Assembly: GCF_029504745.1 (NCBI RefSeq)
Contig: NZ_JAQFIQ010000019.1
Span: 1-32,000, forward strand
From: Breznakia sp. PF5-3
GTDB lineage: Bacteria; Bacillota_I; Bacilli_A; Erysipelotrichales; Erysipelotrichaceae
Length of the DNA: 32,000 bases
Direction: 5' to 3'
The translations under genes and the position numbers were made by a program. A model generated the notes under the pieces. It was given only the letters and a program-made list of their open reading frames with translations. It had not been told where the DNA came from and made no database searches. Position 1 is the stretch's first letter. Every line of letters begins with the position of its first letter. This document shows positions 14,762 to 24,054 of the stretch, in pieces.

Positions 14762-17086
14762 TTATTCTGAACGCAATGCTTCAACTGGATCTTTTTTTGC
14801 TGCTAGTTTAGCGGGGATAAAACCACCAATCAAAGTAAGAATTAGGCTAATTGCAATTAGAATAAGTGCATGGATTGGATTTAATTTAGCTACGTTTGCT
14901 AATCCAGACATATTTTCAATAATTGCATTGGCAGGAATTGTAAGTAATTGTGCAATACCAATACCTATCAAACCAGAACATAATCCAATAATAAATGTTT
15001 CAGCATTGAAAACACGTGTAATATCTTTTTTTCTTGCTCCAAGTGCACGTAAGATACCAATTTCTTTCGTTCTTTCTAATACTGATATATATGTGATAAT
15101 TCCAATCATAATACTTGATACAATTAAGGAAATGGCTGAGAAAGCAATTAGTACAATAGTGATAGCACTCATAATATCTCCAGAGAGTGAAGAAATCATT
15201 TCGGCCATATCTGTATATTGAATAGTGTCTTCTGCATCTTTTCCTTCATTGTATGCATCTAGGTAATCTAAAACATGGTCTTTTGATTCGAAATCCTTAG
15301 GATAGATGTAAACTGCAACAGGTGTTGATTCAGCTCCTAAATATCCCATCATTGTTTCTTTTGTATTTGTACTACCGTCTTTAGTATCAAAAGGTTGTCC
15401 AGTAAGGACATTGTAATCTCTTTTTTCTTGTTCTTTTACAATTTCTGAGTTTTGGTTTTTTTCAATGATTGTATCGATAACAGCATTTGTATATGCTAAT
15501 CCACTACCATTTGTAATCATTTCTTTATCTTCTTTTCCCCGAATGATTGCTTGTATTTTTAAAGTAATAGATTTTTCACTCTTATACATTTTTTCATAAT
15601 CGGTATTGATCATAAAATGATTGCCAACGTTGTTATAGTAATCTTCATTTAAGATAACCTTTACTTCTTTGCTCATAATTTCGTCAAAAGTTAAAGATTC
15701 AATATCCTCATCATCAAAACCAAGTTGTTTTAATGCGCTTTTTGATAATTGATTTTTTGCATCTACTTGAAGTACCAAACCTGGTTTTGTTTCATCTACT
15801 TCTCCTGCTAAAGTATCATACAAGCTTTCAATAATTCCAGAGTTGTCATTGTTATTTGGTTCAGTAGGTAAGAGTGTCCATTGGTCAAATTGACTTGAGA
15901 AATCAATTAAACTGTAACCATTTTTATCACTGTAATTAATGATATTCATTGCAGTGGTTTTTTGATATGAAATACCAGATAAATATTTTTGATCAAGTTT
16001 CTCAATATATTCGATATATTCTGGCGTGATGTTGTTTGTATGCATCATCGTATCACGCATATCCTCTTGAGCATAAATTTTCTTCTTATTCGTATACTTT
16101 TTCAAATCCTCATCACCCTCACCAGAAGCATTAGCTAGAGTTTCAGAATCCATTTGCATGGATTGTGTAGAAACAGTAATTGGCATTTGGGACAAAGAAT
16201 CTTTTTCAAATGCATCAATTTCCATTTGGAACCCATTGGATAGAGCTAATATTAAAGCAATTCCAATAATTCCTATACTAGATGCGAAGGAGGTTAAGAT
16301 GGTTCTTCCTTTTTTTGTTCGTATGTTATTGAAAGATAATTTTAGAGCAGCAATATAGCTCATTGCCGTTTTTACAATATTAAATTGTGAGCTATCTTCT
16401 TCGTCTTTTTCGATAGGATTAGAATCACTTAATACCTCACCATCTTTTAATTCAATAATGCGATTTGCATATGTATTTGCTAACTCTGGATTATGGGTAA
16501 CCATAATAACAAGTTTATCTTTGGCAATTTCGCGAATCAATTCCATGATTTGTACACTGGTTTCACTATCAAGTGCACCTGTAGGTTCATCCGCGAGAAT
16601 AACATCAGGGTCATTTGCTAGTGCTCTAGCAATGGCAACCCTTTGCATCTGTCCACCAGATAATTGATTAGGCTTTTTATGTACATGGTCTTTTAAACCA
16701 ACTTTTTCCAGTACTTCCATAGCTTTTGCTTTTCTAGCAGCAGAACCAATACCACTAAGTGTCATCCCCATTTCTACATTAGCTAAGATAGAAATATGAG
16801 TAATTAGATTATAGCTTTGAAAGATAAAGCCAATACAGTTATTGCGATAGGCATCCCAATCCTTATCTTTGAAGCTTTTTGTACTTTTGTTGTTGATAAT
16901 TAAATCACCTGAATCATAACGATCCAGTCCACCAATAATGTTTAACATCGTAGTTTTTCCACTACCAGACTGTCCAAGTACTGCCACAAATTCATTTTTT
17001 CTAAAAGAAAGGGAAACATTTTTTAAGGCATCTTGGGTGAAGTCTCCAGTTTTATAGCTTTTTTTAATTCTATTCAGTTTTAACAT
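14762..17086 (-). CDS. Fused ABC ATPase plus FtsX-family permease (MacB-type) with a large extracytoplasmic domain
   Basis: N-terminal NBD: GQSGSGKTT, LSGGQMQRVAIARA, ILADEPTGALD, VTHNP. This is followed by TM1, a hydrophilic domain of about 340 aa, and three C-terminal TMs with an FtsX-type tail. GGAGG RBS. Confidence 0.85.
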   Translation of the reverse strand: MLKLNRIKKSYKTGDFTQDALKNVSLSFRKNEFVAVLGQSGSGKTTMLNIIGGLDRYDSGDLIINNKSTKSFKDKDWDAYRNNCIGFIFQSYNLITHISILANVEMGMTLSGIGSAARKAKAMEVLEKVGLKDHVHKKPNQLSGGQMQRVAIARALANDPDVILADEPTGALDSETSVQIMELIREIAKDKLVIMVTHNPELANTYANRIIELKDGEVLSDSNPIEKDEEDSSQFNIVKTAMSYIAALKLSFNNIRTKKGRTILTSFASSIGIIGIALILALSNGFQMEIDAFEKDSLSQMPITVSTQSMQMDSETLANASGEGDEDLKKYTNKKKIYAQEDMRDTMMHTNNITPEYIEYIEKLDQKYLSGISYQKTTAMNIINYSDKNGYSLIDFSSQFDQWTLLPTEPNNNDNSGIIESLYDTLAGEVDETKPGLVLQVDAKNQLSKSALKQLGFDDEDIESLTFDEIMSKEVKVILNEDYYNNVGNHFMINTDYEKMYKSEKSITLKIQAIIRGKEDKEMITNGSGLAYTNAVIDTIIEKNQNSEIVKEQEKRDYNVLTGQPFDTKDGSTNTKETMMGYLGAESTPVAVYIYPKDFESKDHVLDYLDAYNEGKDAEDTIQYTDMAEMISSLSGDIMSAITIVLIAFSAISLIVSSIMIGIITYISVLERTKEIGILRALGARKKDITRVFNAETFIIGLCSGLIGIGIAQLLTIPANAIIENMSGLANVAKLNPIHALILIAISLILTLIGGFIPAKLAAKKDPVEALRSE

Positions 17087-17138
17087 TTACTTCTTCCTCC
17101 ATAAAATAAATAGTAGTTACTTTGTAATTACTATTTAT

Positions 17139-17167
17139 ACTATACGCCGTATAATACCATATGTCAA
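17139..17167 (-). promoter_or_regulatory. Sigma-A-type promoter for the MacB-like gene
   Basis: The minus strand reads TTGACA (17167-17162), 17-nt spacer, TATAGT (17144-17139). Confidence 0.5.
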
Positions 17168-17231
17168 CCATTATTTGTCTTAATGTGTTAATACAAAAAA
17201 TTATACACCGCTAACATTATAATTGCAATGC

Positions 17232-17259
17232 TAAATAAAAAACTACCATCATGGTAGTT
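17232..17259 (-). terminator. Rho-independent terminator of the hydrolase gene
   Basis: Hairpin AACTACC/GGTAGTT (17241-17259) begins directly after the stop codon. On the minus strand it is followed by TTTTTTATTT. Confidence 0.7.
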
Positions 17260-18186
17260 TTATAGATATTTTTTTATAAAGTTATCGACCGTTTTCCAAT
17301 AACGTTTAGGATTTACTAAATGAGATTGTGCGTGTCCAGCTCCTTTGATAACAAGTTTCTCTTTTTCAACTGATGATTCTTTATAAAGCTCATCTAACAT
17401 ATAGAAGGGTACAAAGGTATCTTTATCCCCGTGGATGAATAGGGTTGGGGTCTTTGACTTTCCTAATTGATCAATGGCTCCTTGTTTTAAATCATATCCA
17501 GCTCTAATTTGAGTGATGATATTTGCAGAATCTAAAAACGGGTGATCTGGTAAGGAAAAAATAGAATCTAATTGATATGAAAAGATATCCCATGTACTTG
17601 TATATCCACAATCTTCAATAGCAACTTTCACATTGTCAGGTAATTTCTCTCCTGTGGTATTCATTACCGTAGCAGCCCCCATGCTGACCCCGTATAAAAC
17701 AATTTTATATTCACTATTCTCTTTTACTAATTCTTTAATCCAGGCCTGTATATCTTTTCGATCATCCCATCCCATTCCAATATAGTCTCCATCTGATGAA
17801 CCATGTCCTCGTAAATCAACAGCCAATACATTATATCCCGCTTGGAAGAAATGCTCTGCACTAATTCCCATTTGGTTTGCTTCTGATATATACCCATGTA
17901 CGACAATGACATAGATATCACTGTTTTGCTTGAAATCGTATGCATGTAAGTTTAAATCATCGTTTTCGATGTATCGATCTTCATATTTTTGATTTTCGAA
18001 AAAGGTGTTTATTTCATCAAAGTCGGTATTATTTTCAGTTTTATCATTATTAAAAACAATACTTTTATCACTATCTGGGTTTAAAGCTAAATCATAAAAA
18101 TAATTACCAATAAAGCCCATAATGGCAATGAAGGAAATAAAAAAGACTAATGTTACAGCAATTATAATTTTTGTTCTTTTTTTCAT
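17260..18186 (-). CDS. Membrane-anchored alpha/beta-fold hydrolase
   Basis: N-terminal TM IIIAVTLVFFISFIAIMGFIG. HG oxyanion motif (VVHGY), nucleophile elbow GVSMGA, and C-terminal IHGDKD...GAGH. Confidence 0.8.
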   Translation of the reverse strand: MKKRTKIIIAVTLVFFISFIAIMGFIGNYFYDLALNPDSDKSIVFNNDKTENNTDFDEINTFFENQKYEDRYIENDDLNLHAYDFKQNSDIYVIVVHGYISEANQMGISAEHFFQAGYNVLAVDLRGHGSSDGDYIGMGWDDRKDIQAWIKELVKENSEYKIVLYGVSMGAATVMNTTGEKLPDNVKVAIEDCGYTSTWDIFSYQLDSIFSLPDHPFLDSANIITQIRAGYDLKQGAIDQLGKSKTPTLFIHGDKDTFVPFYMLDELYKESSVEKEKLVIKGAGHAQSHLVNPKRYWKTVDNFIKKYL

Positions 18187-18384
18187 AGTTTATAATCTCC
18201 AATAGTAAGTATTATATCATAAAGTGCCGATGTTTATTGAGTAAAATAAAGGTTATGAAAAAAGTATGAAAACGCTTGAAAAAAAGAGGTAAAATTTTCA
18301 GTTTTATCTGTGTCAAAACGAATTAATAATAGGTATAATAGATGCATAGCGTTCGTAAATAGAAGAAGCATACAGGGGGTTATT

Positions 18385-20517
18385 ATGAGCTTAGAAAATG
18401 TTAGAATTATTAAGAAAGACAATACACTTGAAAGGTTTAATATCAATAAAGTTGTCGTGGCTGTCAATAAGTCAGCTTTTCGTACACTTTATTCTTTTAA
18501 GAGTGAGGAAATTGATCGTATTTGTGATGACGTTGAAACAAAAGTGTCAGCAATAAATCGTGACAAAATAACGATTCAGGAGATGCACAATATCGTGGAA
18601 GCAGCTTTAGAGATGACAAATCCTAAGGTAGCTAAGAGTTATCGTGATTATCGTAATTACAAGAGTGATTTTGTACAAATGTTAGATGATGTGTATAAGA
18701 AATCACAAAGTATCATGTATATTGGAGATAAAGAAAATTCAAATACTGATAGTGCTTTGGTTTCAACAAAGCGTAGTCTGATTTTTAATGAGCTAAATAA
18801 AGAGTTATATAAGAAGTTTTTTTTAACGACGGAAGAGTTGCAAGCAGCACGTGAAGGATATATTTATATTCACGATATGAGTGCTCGCCGTGATACGATG
18901 AACTGTTGTTTATTTGATGTTGAAAATGTATTGAGCGGTGGTTTTGAGATGGGAAATCTCTGGTATAACGAACCAAAGACATTAGATGTTGCCTTTGATG
19001 TAATTGGGGATATCGTACTTAGTGCTGCTTCCCAACAATATGGAGGTTTTACGGTTCCTAATGTAGACTTGATTTTAAAACCTTATGCAGAGAAATCTTA
19101 TAAGTTGTATGTTGATAAATACTTAGCTTTAGGATTAGATAAAAATAAAGCTGAAGAAATTTCGGTCAAGGACGTAGAAAGAGATTTCGAACAAGGTTTC
19201 CAAGGTTGGGAATATAAATTTAATTCAGTTTCTAGTAGCCGTGGAGATTATCCATTCATCACTGTTACTATTGGTACAGGAACAAGTCGTTTTGAAAAGA
19301 TGGCAAATATCCAAATGCTAAATGTTAGAAAAGAAGGACAAGGGAAGAAGGGGCATAAAAAACCTGTTTTATTTCCAAAGATTGTTTTCTGCTATGATAA
19401 GAATCTTCATGGTGAAGGTAAACCATTGGAAGATGTATTTGAAGCTGGAATCGCTTGTTCTGCTAAAACGATGTATCCAGATTGGTTGAGTTTAAGTGGT
19501 GAAGGATATGTTGCAGATATCTATAAGCAATATGGAGAAATTATATCGCCAATGGGATGTCGTGCATTCTTATCACCATATTATCGTCGTGGTGGTATGA
19601 AACCTGCAGATGAAAACGATAGTCCATATTATGTGGGGCGCTTTAATATTGGGGCAATCTCACTTCATTTACCAATGATCTTGGCGAAAGCCCAACAAGA
19701 AAGTCGTGATTTTTATGAAGTGCTTGATTACTATTTAGAATTAATCCGTAATTTGCACTTGCGTACATATGATTATTTAGGTGAAATGAAAGCAAGTGTA
19801 AATCCTTTGGCATATTGTGAAGGTGGATTCGCAGGTGGCAATTTAGGACTTCATGATAAGATTAAACCTTTATTAAAGAGTGCAACAGCATCGTTTGGAA
19901 TTACAGCGTTAAATGAACTTCAGGAGTTATATAATAAAAAATCTTTAGTAGAAGATGGAGAATTTGCAATTAAAACTTTAGAGTATATCAATAAACGGGT
20001 AAATGATTTTAAAGAAGAAGATGGTCGTTTATATGCAATCTATGGTACACCAGCAGAAAACTTATGTGGGCTTCAAGTGCAACAATTTAGAAAAAAATAT
20101 GGGGTTATTGAAAATGTAAGTGATCGTGAATATGTAAGTAATAGTTTTCACTGTCATGTTTCAGAGGAGATAACACCAATTGAGAAACAAAACTTAGAAA
20201 AGCGTTTCTGGGATTTATCCAATGGTGGTAAAATTCAGTATGTTAAGTATCCAATCGGATATAATACAGGTGCAATTAAAACATTGGTTCGTAGAGCAAT
20301 GGATTTAGGTTTTTATGAAGGTGTGAATTTATCGCTATCATATTGTGATGATTGTGGTCACGAGGAATTAGAGATGGATGTATGTCCAAACTGTGGTAGT
20401 TCAAACTTGACGAAGATTGATCGTATGAATGGGTACCTTTCTTATTCAAGAGTTAAGGGAGATACACGTTTAAATGATGCGAAAATGGCAGAAATCAAAG
20501 AGAGGAAATCAATGTAA
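18385..20517 (+). CDS. nrdD: Anaerobic ribonucleoside-triphosphate reductase (class III), NrdD
   Basis: I prefer ATG 18385 after AGGGGG; the track start at 18310 is a GTG with an implausible basic extension. It has an N-terminal ATP-cone-like segment (IIKKDNTLERFN), a C-terminal Zn ribbon CDDCGHE...CPNCGS, and a glycyl-radical tail RMNGYLS. Confidence 0.9.
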   Translation: MSLENVRIIKKDNTLERFNINKVVVAVNKSAFRTLYSFKSEEIDRICDDVETKVSAINRDKITIQEMHNIVEAALEMTNPKVAKSYRDYRNYKSDFVQMLDDVYKKSQSIMYIGDKENSNTDSALVSTKRSLIFNELNKELYKKFFLTTEELQAAREGYIYIHDMSARRDTMNCCLFDVENVLSGGFEMGNLWYNEPKTLDVAFDVIGDIVLSAASQQYGGFTVPNVDLILKPYAEKSYKLYVDKYLALGLDKNKAEEISVKDVERDFEQGFQGWEYKFNSVSSSRGDYPFITVTIGTGTSRFEKMANIQMLNVRKEGQGKKGHKKPVLFPKIVFCYDKNLHGEGKPLEDVFEAGIACSAKTMYPDWLSLSGEGYVADIYKQYGEIISPMGCRAFLSPYYRRGGMKPADENDSPYYVGRFNIGAISLHLPMILAKAQQESRDFYEVLDYYLELIRNLHLRTYDYLGEMKASVNPLAYCEGGFAGGNLGLHDKIKPLLKSATASFGITALNELQELYNKKSLVEDGEFAIKTLEYINKRVNDFKEEDGRLYAIYGTPAENLCGLQVQQFRKKYGVIENVSDREYVSNSFHCHVSEEITPIEKQNLEKRFWDLSNGGKIQYVKYPIGYNTGAIKTLVRRAMDLGFYEGVNLSLSYCDDCGHEELEMDVCPNCGSSNLTKIDRMNGYLSYSRVKGDTRLNDAKMAEIKERKSM

Positions 20518-21008
20518 TGAGATATCATAATATCACAAAGGATGATATGTTGAATGGTGAAGGTTTACGCTCTGTATTGTGGTTAGCAGGTTGTTCTCAT
20601 GCGTGTAAAGGTTGTCATAATCCTGTTACATGGAGTTTGCAAGGTGGTTTGGCATTTGATGAAGATGCTAAAGCAGAGTTGTTTGCATCCTTACATCATG
20701 ATTACATAGATGGTGTTACTTTGAGTGGAGGAGACCCGCTTCATCCAGAAAATCGTAAAGATGTTCACGATTTAGTGAAGGAACTAAAAGAAAAGTTTCC
20801 TAAAAAGACAATTTGGTTATATACTGGATACGAGTATGCTGAAATCGTTGATTTGGATTTGCTTGCTTATATTGATGTGGTAGTGGATGGAAAATTTATT
20901 GAAGAACAATTAAGTCCAAACACACATTGGGTAGGAAGTAGCAATCAAAAAGTGATTGATGTACAAGCTAGTAGAGCATTGAAACAAATTGTTTTATACA
21001 AGGAATAG
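20517..21008 (+). CDS. nrdG: Anaerobic RNR activating protein (radical SAM), NrdG
   Basis: GCSHACKGCHNP is the CxxxCxxC cluster motif. 163 aa. The start overlaps the nrdD stop (TAATG). Confidence 0.9.
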   Translation: MRYHNITKDDMLNGEGLRSVLWLAGCSHACKGCHNPVTWSLQGGLAFDEDAKAELFASLHHDYIDGVTLSGGDPLHPENRKDVHDLVKELKEKFPKKTIWLYTGYEYAEIVDLDLLAYIDVVVDGKFIEEQLSPNTHWVGSSNQKVIDVQASRALKQIVLYKE

Positions 21009-21016
21009 GAGAACAA

Positions 21017-21520
21017 ATGAGAAGGATAGCACAGTTTTATAAAGTTAGTTTTGAAGAGTTTAGAAAAGCATTTGCTGATTTAGATCAAACTCAGGTAGAG
21101 CGCATGTATGATGCAATCGTATTGCCTAAGCGAGCAACCTCAGGAAGTGCAGGATATGATTTTTTTACACCATTCGCATTTACTTTAAAGCCAAATGAAA
21201 CGATTAAGATTCCAACTGGGATTCGCGCAGAGATGGAAGTAGATTGGGTATTGAAATTATATCCAAGAAGTGGTTTGGGATTTAAATATCGTTTACAGTT
21301 AAATAATACAGTGGGAATTATCGATGCAGATTATTTTCACAGTGATAATGAAGGTCATATTTTTGCGAAAATTACCAATGATTCAAACACTGGTGAAGAA
21401 TTGCATTTAGATGCAGGCGATGGTTTTATGCAAGGTATCTTTGTAGAGTATGGAATCACTCATGATGATGTTGTATCAGAGATTCGCAATGGTGGATTCG
21501 GAAGTACAAGTAAGAAATAA
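21017..21520 (+). CDS. dut: dUTP diphosphatase (trimeric dUTPase family) with an N-terminal extension of about 35 aa
   Basis: All five dUTPase motifs are recognisable: SAGYD, PRSG, GIIDADY, MQGIF and RNGGFGSTS. Confidence 0.8.
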   Translation: MRRIAQFYKVSFEEFRKAFADLDQTQVERMYDAIVLPKRATSGSAGYDFFTPFAFTLKPNETIKIPTGIRAEMEVDWVLKLYPRSGLGFKYRLQLNNTVGIIDADYFHSDNEGHIFAKITNDSNTGEELHLDAGDGFMQGIFVEYGITHDDVVSEIRNGGFGSTSKK

Positions 21521-21565
21521 AAACGGACTCTATGACGAAGCCCTGTCTAGTAGATAAATGAAATA

Positions 21566-21602
21566 AAGTTTGGTTATGTTTTATAGCCAAGCTTTTATTT
21601 TG
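21566..21602 (+). terminator. Rho-independent terminator ending nrdD-nrdG-dut
   Basis: AAGTTTGGTT (21566-21575) pairs with AGCCAAGCTT (21585-21594); 10 bp including two G-U pairs. TTTTATTTT follows. Confidence 0.6.
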
Positions 21603-21695
21603 GATTTATAGTGTTTCAATAATGTAGGAAAGATAGTGAATACGTACAATTTAAAAAAAGATGTAGTATAATGAATGCAAAGAGAGGTAGTATAA

Positions 21696-22181
21696 ATGAG
21701 AGTAGAAGATATAAAAACAAATGTATTTGAAATGTTTAATAAGGACTGGTGTTTGATTGCTGCGAATAAAGGGAATCATTTCAATATGATGACAGCAAGT
21801 TGGGGAGGATTAGGAATTCTTTGGAATCGACCAGTAGCAACAATTTATATTAGACCACAACGCTATACAAAAGAATTTGTGGATGATAGTGATTACTTCA
21901 CAATTAGCTTCTTTGATCAAACACATCGAGATATGTTAAATGTGATGGGGTCAAAATCAGGAAGAGATATAAACAAAGAAAATTACGGTGGATTGCATGG
22001 AAGAGTACAAGATGGTTTTGTTTGTTTTGATGAAGCTTTATTGACTGTGAAATGTCGTAAAATTTATCAAGATTCCATTAAACCTGAAAAGTTTCTCGAT
22101 GAAACGATTGGAAAACATTACCCATTAGAAGATTATCATGACATGTATATTGGAGAAATTGTAGAAGTAATTGAACAATAA
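21696..22181 (+). CDS. Flavin-reductase-like (FMN-binding split-barrel) family protein
   Basis: 161 aa. NMMTASWGGLGILWNRPVATIYIRPQRYT matches the pattern of the flavin reductase-like domain family. Confidence 0.65.
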   Translation: MRVEDIKTNVFEMFNKDWCLIAANKGNHFNMMTASWGGLGILWNRPVATIYIRPQRYTKEFVDDSDYFTISFFDQTHRDMLNVMGSKSGRDINKENYGGLHGRVQDGFVCFDEALLTVKCRKIYQDSIKPEKFLDETIGKHYPLEDYHDMYIGEIVEVIEQ

Positions 22182-22195
22182 TTTTTAAAATGAAA

Positions 22196-22222
22196 ATATC
22201 AGATTTTATCTGGTATTTTCTT
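22196..22222 (+). terminator. Rho-independent terminator
   Basis: ATATCAGAT (22196-22204) pairs with ATCTGGTAT (22208-22216), followed by TTTCTTT. Confidence 0.6.
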
Positions 22223-22269
22223 TGTCTAGGATATCTTATAAATATGGTACAATAAAAAAGGTGATGATA

Positions 22270-23346
22270 ATGGATACAAATATATTGTTGGTGGTTTTAT
22301 GTATTATGATGGCAGTTTTGATTATCGTGATGTTTTCTTTGTTGCAAAAGCAAGCAAAGAAAGATAACCATACAGAAGATAAAATATTACAAACCCAAAT
22401 GACAAAGCAGTTATTGGATTTTCAAAATGCAATAACACAATCCTTACGTAAAGATATTAATGTTTTAAATGAAAACACAAGTGATAAGCTATTCAAAATG
22501 GAACATAATGTAAATCGACAGTTGAATACAGGATTTGAGTCTACAAATAAAGTATTTACTGAAGTGATGAAGCAAATTACGAAAATTGATAGTACACAAG
22601 ATCAATTGAAATTACTGAGTCAAGATATTTCAAGTTTACATAGTATTTTAAATGATAAAAAAACACGTGGAATCTATGGTGAAATAGAATTGTATAATTT
22701 ATTAGAAAATGCTTTTGGATTGGATTATAATCGTTATGCAAAACAGTATAAATTAAGCAATGGATTGATGGTTGATGCTGTTATATTTGGCAATGAAGCA
22801 TTAGGGACAATTCCCATAGATTCAAAGTTTCCATTAGAAAACTTTAATCGCTTAATGGATCCGAGCTTACCTTCCATGCGGAAACAGGTTATTCAAAATG
22901 AATTTAAAAGTGATGTGAAGAAGCATATTAAAGCAATCGCAACAAAGTATATAATTCCAAATGAAACGAGTGAATTTGCTTATATGTTTATACCAGCAGA
23001 AGCTATTTTTTCTTATATCAATGCAAATTTGAATGATGTTATTGAATATTCTTATCAAGAGAAGGTGTATTTGGTTTCACCAACAACATTAATGGCCTAT
23101 ATAACTGCGATTAAGGCATTGTATCTAGGACAAAAGAAAAATGAGCGAATCAAAGAAATACAAGAAGAATTAATAAAGCTTTCAATTGAATTTGAGCGGT
23201 TTTCAAAACGTTATGAAACAGTGCAGCGTGATTTTGATAGATCGTATAGTGATATGAAAGATGTACTTGTCACTGCGAATAAAATAATTACTAGATTTAA
23301 AAAGATTGAAGCTGTCGAGTTGGAAAAGGATGAGGATGAACATTAA
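22270..23346 (+). CDS. rmuC: DNA recombination protein RmuC
   Basis: The track start (TTG 22222) lies inside the upstream terminator. ATG 22270, or alternatively 22264, follows AAAGGTG. The protein has an N-terminal TM, a long coiled coil and a C-terminal RmuC nuclease-like core (GTIPIDSKFPLENF, AYMFIPAEA, LVSPTTL). Confidence 0.8.
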   Translation: MDTNILLVVLCIMMAVLIIVMFSLLQKQAKKDNHTEDKILQTQMTKQLLDFQNAITQSLRKDINVLNENTSDKLFKMEHNVNRQLNTGFESTNKVFTEVMKQITKIDSTQDQLKLLSQDISSLHSILNDKKTRGIYGEIELYNLLENAFGLDYNRYAKQYKLSNGLMVDAVIFGNEALGTIPIDSKFPLENFNRLMDPSLPSMRKQVIQNEFKSDVKKHIKAIATKYIIPNETSEFAYMFIPAEAIFSYINANLNDVIEYSYQEKVYLVSPTTLMAYITAIKALYLGQKKNERIKEIQEELIKLSIEFERFSKRYETVQRDFDRSYSDMKDVLVTANKIITRFKKIEAVELEKDEDEH

Positions 23347-23404
23347 ATCAGCAGATATGAAAGAGCATATTAAACAAATAAAATTAATTGCATATATATA
23401 AGCT

Positions 23405-23445
23405 AAAGTTAAGAACAAATATTTCGTTCTTAACTTTTTCTTTTT
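23405..23445 (+). terminator. Rho-independent terminator of rmuC
   Basis: AAAGTTAAGAAC (23405-23416) pairs with GTTCTTAACTTT (23426-23437), followed by TTTCTTTTT. Confidence 0.8.
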
Positions 23446-23528
23446 GTCTTGAAATAGCGTATGATATCGTAAATAGCATAGTTGAAATTTAAGTATAAAA
23501 AAAATAATAAAAATTTTACTCATTTGTA

Positions 23529-23557
23529 TTGACACATCGATATAACCGGTGTATTAT
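23529..23557 (+). promoter_or_regulatory. Sigma-A-type promoter of the marR-ABC exporter operon
   Basis: TTGACA (23529-23534), 17-nt spacer, TATTAT (23552-23557). Confidence 0.6.
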
Positions 23558-23560
23558 TTA

Positions 23561-23590
23561 CTAACTTAATAGTTAAGTATGTTAACTATT
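23561..23590. promoter_or_regulatory. Candidate MarR operator made of two overlapping perfect inverted repeats
   Basis: ACTTAA-TAG-TTAAGT (23564-23578) and TAGTTAA-GTATG-TTAACTA (23570-23588). They lie between the -10 and the RBS of the marR gene. Confidence 0.5.
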
Positions 23591-23604
23591 TTTAGGAGGT
23601 GTTC

Positions 23605-24054
23605 ATGTCCGATGGAAATAGGGTACACAAATTGAGAAGATTGATGTACCGATTTAAGAATGTTAGACGCCCTGAGAAAGGCAAAGATCATATGCGTATG
23701 CACGATATGATGATGCTTGTGGGGATTCAAAAAGTAGGAAATGGAGAGGCGGTAAAAATGTCACAGCTATCAAGCTATTTCAAGATTACTGCACCTGCTG
23801 TATCACAGATTATGCGCAAGTTGGAAAATCAGGGATATATCGAGAGAATTATTCGTGATGAAGATCGTAGGAGTGTGTATGTGAAAGTCAGTGATAAGGC
23901 GATAAAGGAAATCAAGATGATTCAAGCACATATGGATAAAACGTTAATTGATATGATTGATTATCTAGGAGAAGAGGATACAGATGAATTGATTCGTTTG
24001 TTGGATAAAGTGTTGGATTATATGGACAAGCAGGAAGGAGTTAGGAAATGCTAA
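23605..24054 (+). CDS. MarR-family transcriptional regulator
   Basis: ATG 23605 is 5 nt after AGGAGG. Winged-helix segment MSQLSSYFKITAPAVSQIMRKLENQGYIERIIRDEDRRSVYVKVSDKA. Confidence 0.8.
   Translation: MSDGNRVHKLRRLMYRFKNVRRPEKGKDHMRMHDMMMLVGIQKVGNGEAVKMSQLSSYFKITAPAVSQIMRKLENQGYIERIIRDEDRRSVYVKVSDKAIKEIKMIQAHMDKTLIDMIDYLGEEDTDELIRLLDKVLDYMDKQEGVRKC

Noticed and set aside
11314-17086. The idea that the PcsB-like hydrolase and the MacB-type FtsX-fold ABC transporter form an FtsEX-PcsB-like pair
   Set aside because: The two genes are on opposite strands, separated by GNAT, pirin and bcp and by several terminators. The transporter has MacB-type architecture (fused NBD and a roughly 340-aa extracytoplasmic domain) rather than FtsE plus FtsX. 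The link is mentioned only as a test in the findings.
18187-18384. NrdR boxes upstream of nrdD
   Set aside because: I found no 16-bp ACAC-AT-rich-GTGT-type palindrome, single or tandem, by eye. Absence cannot be proven without a PWM scan.
18234-18467. Minus-strand 77-aa ORF across the hydrolase/nrdD intergenic region
   Set aside because: It overlaps the nrdD start region and promoter sequences. It has no RBS and is likely a chance ORF.
23203-23535. Minus-strand 110-aa ORF spanning the rmuC 3' end and the rmuC/marR intergenic region
   Set aside because: It runs through the rmuC terminator hairpin and the marR promoter. It has no RBS and a hydrophobic, low-complexity translation.
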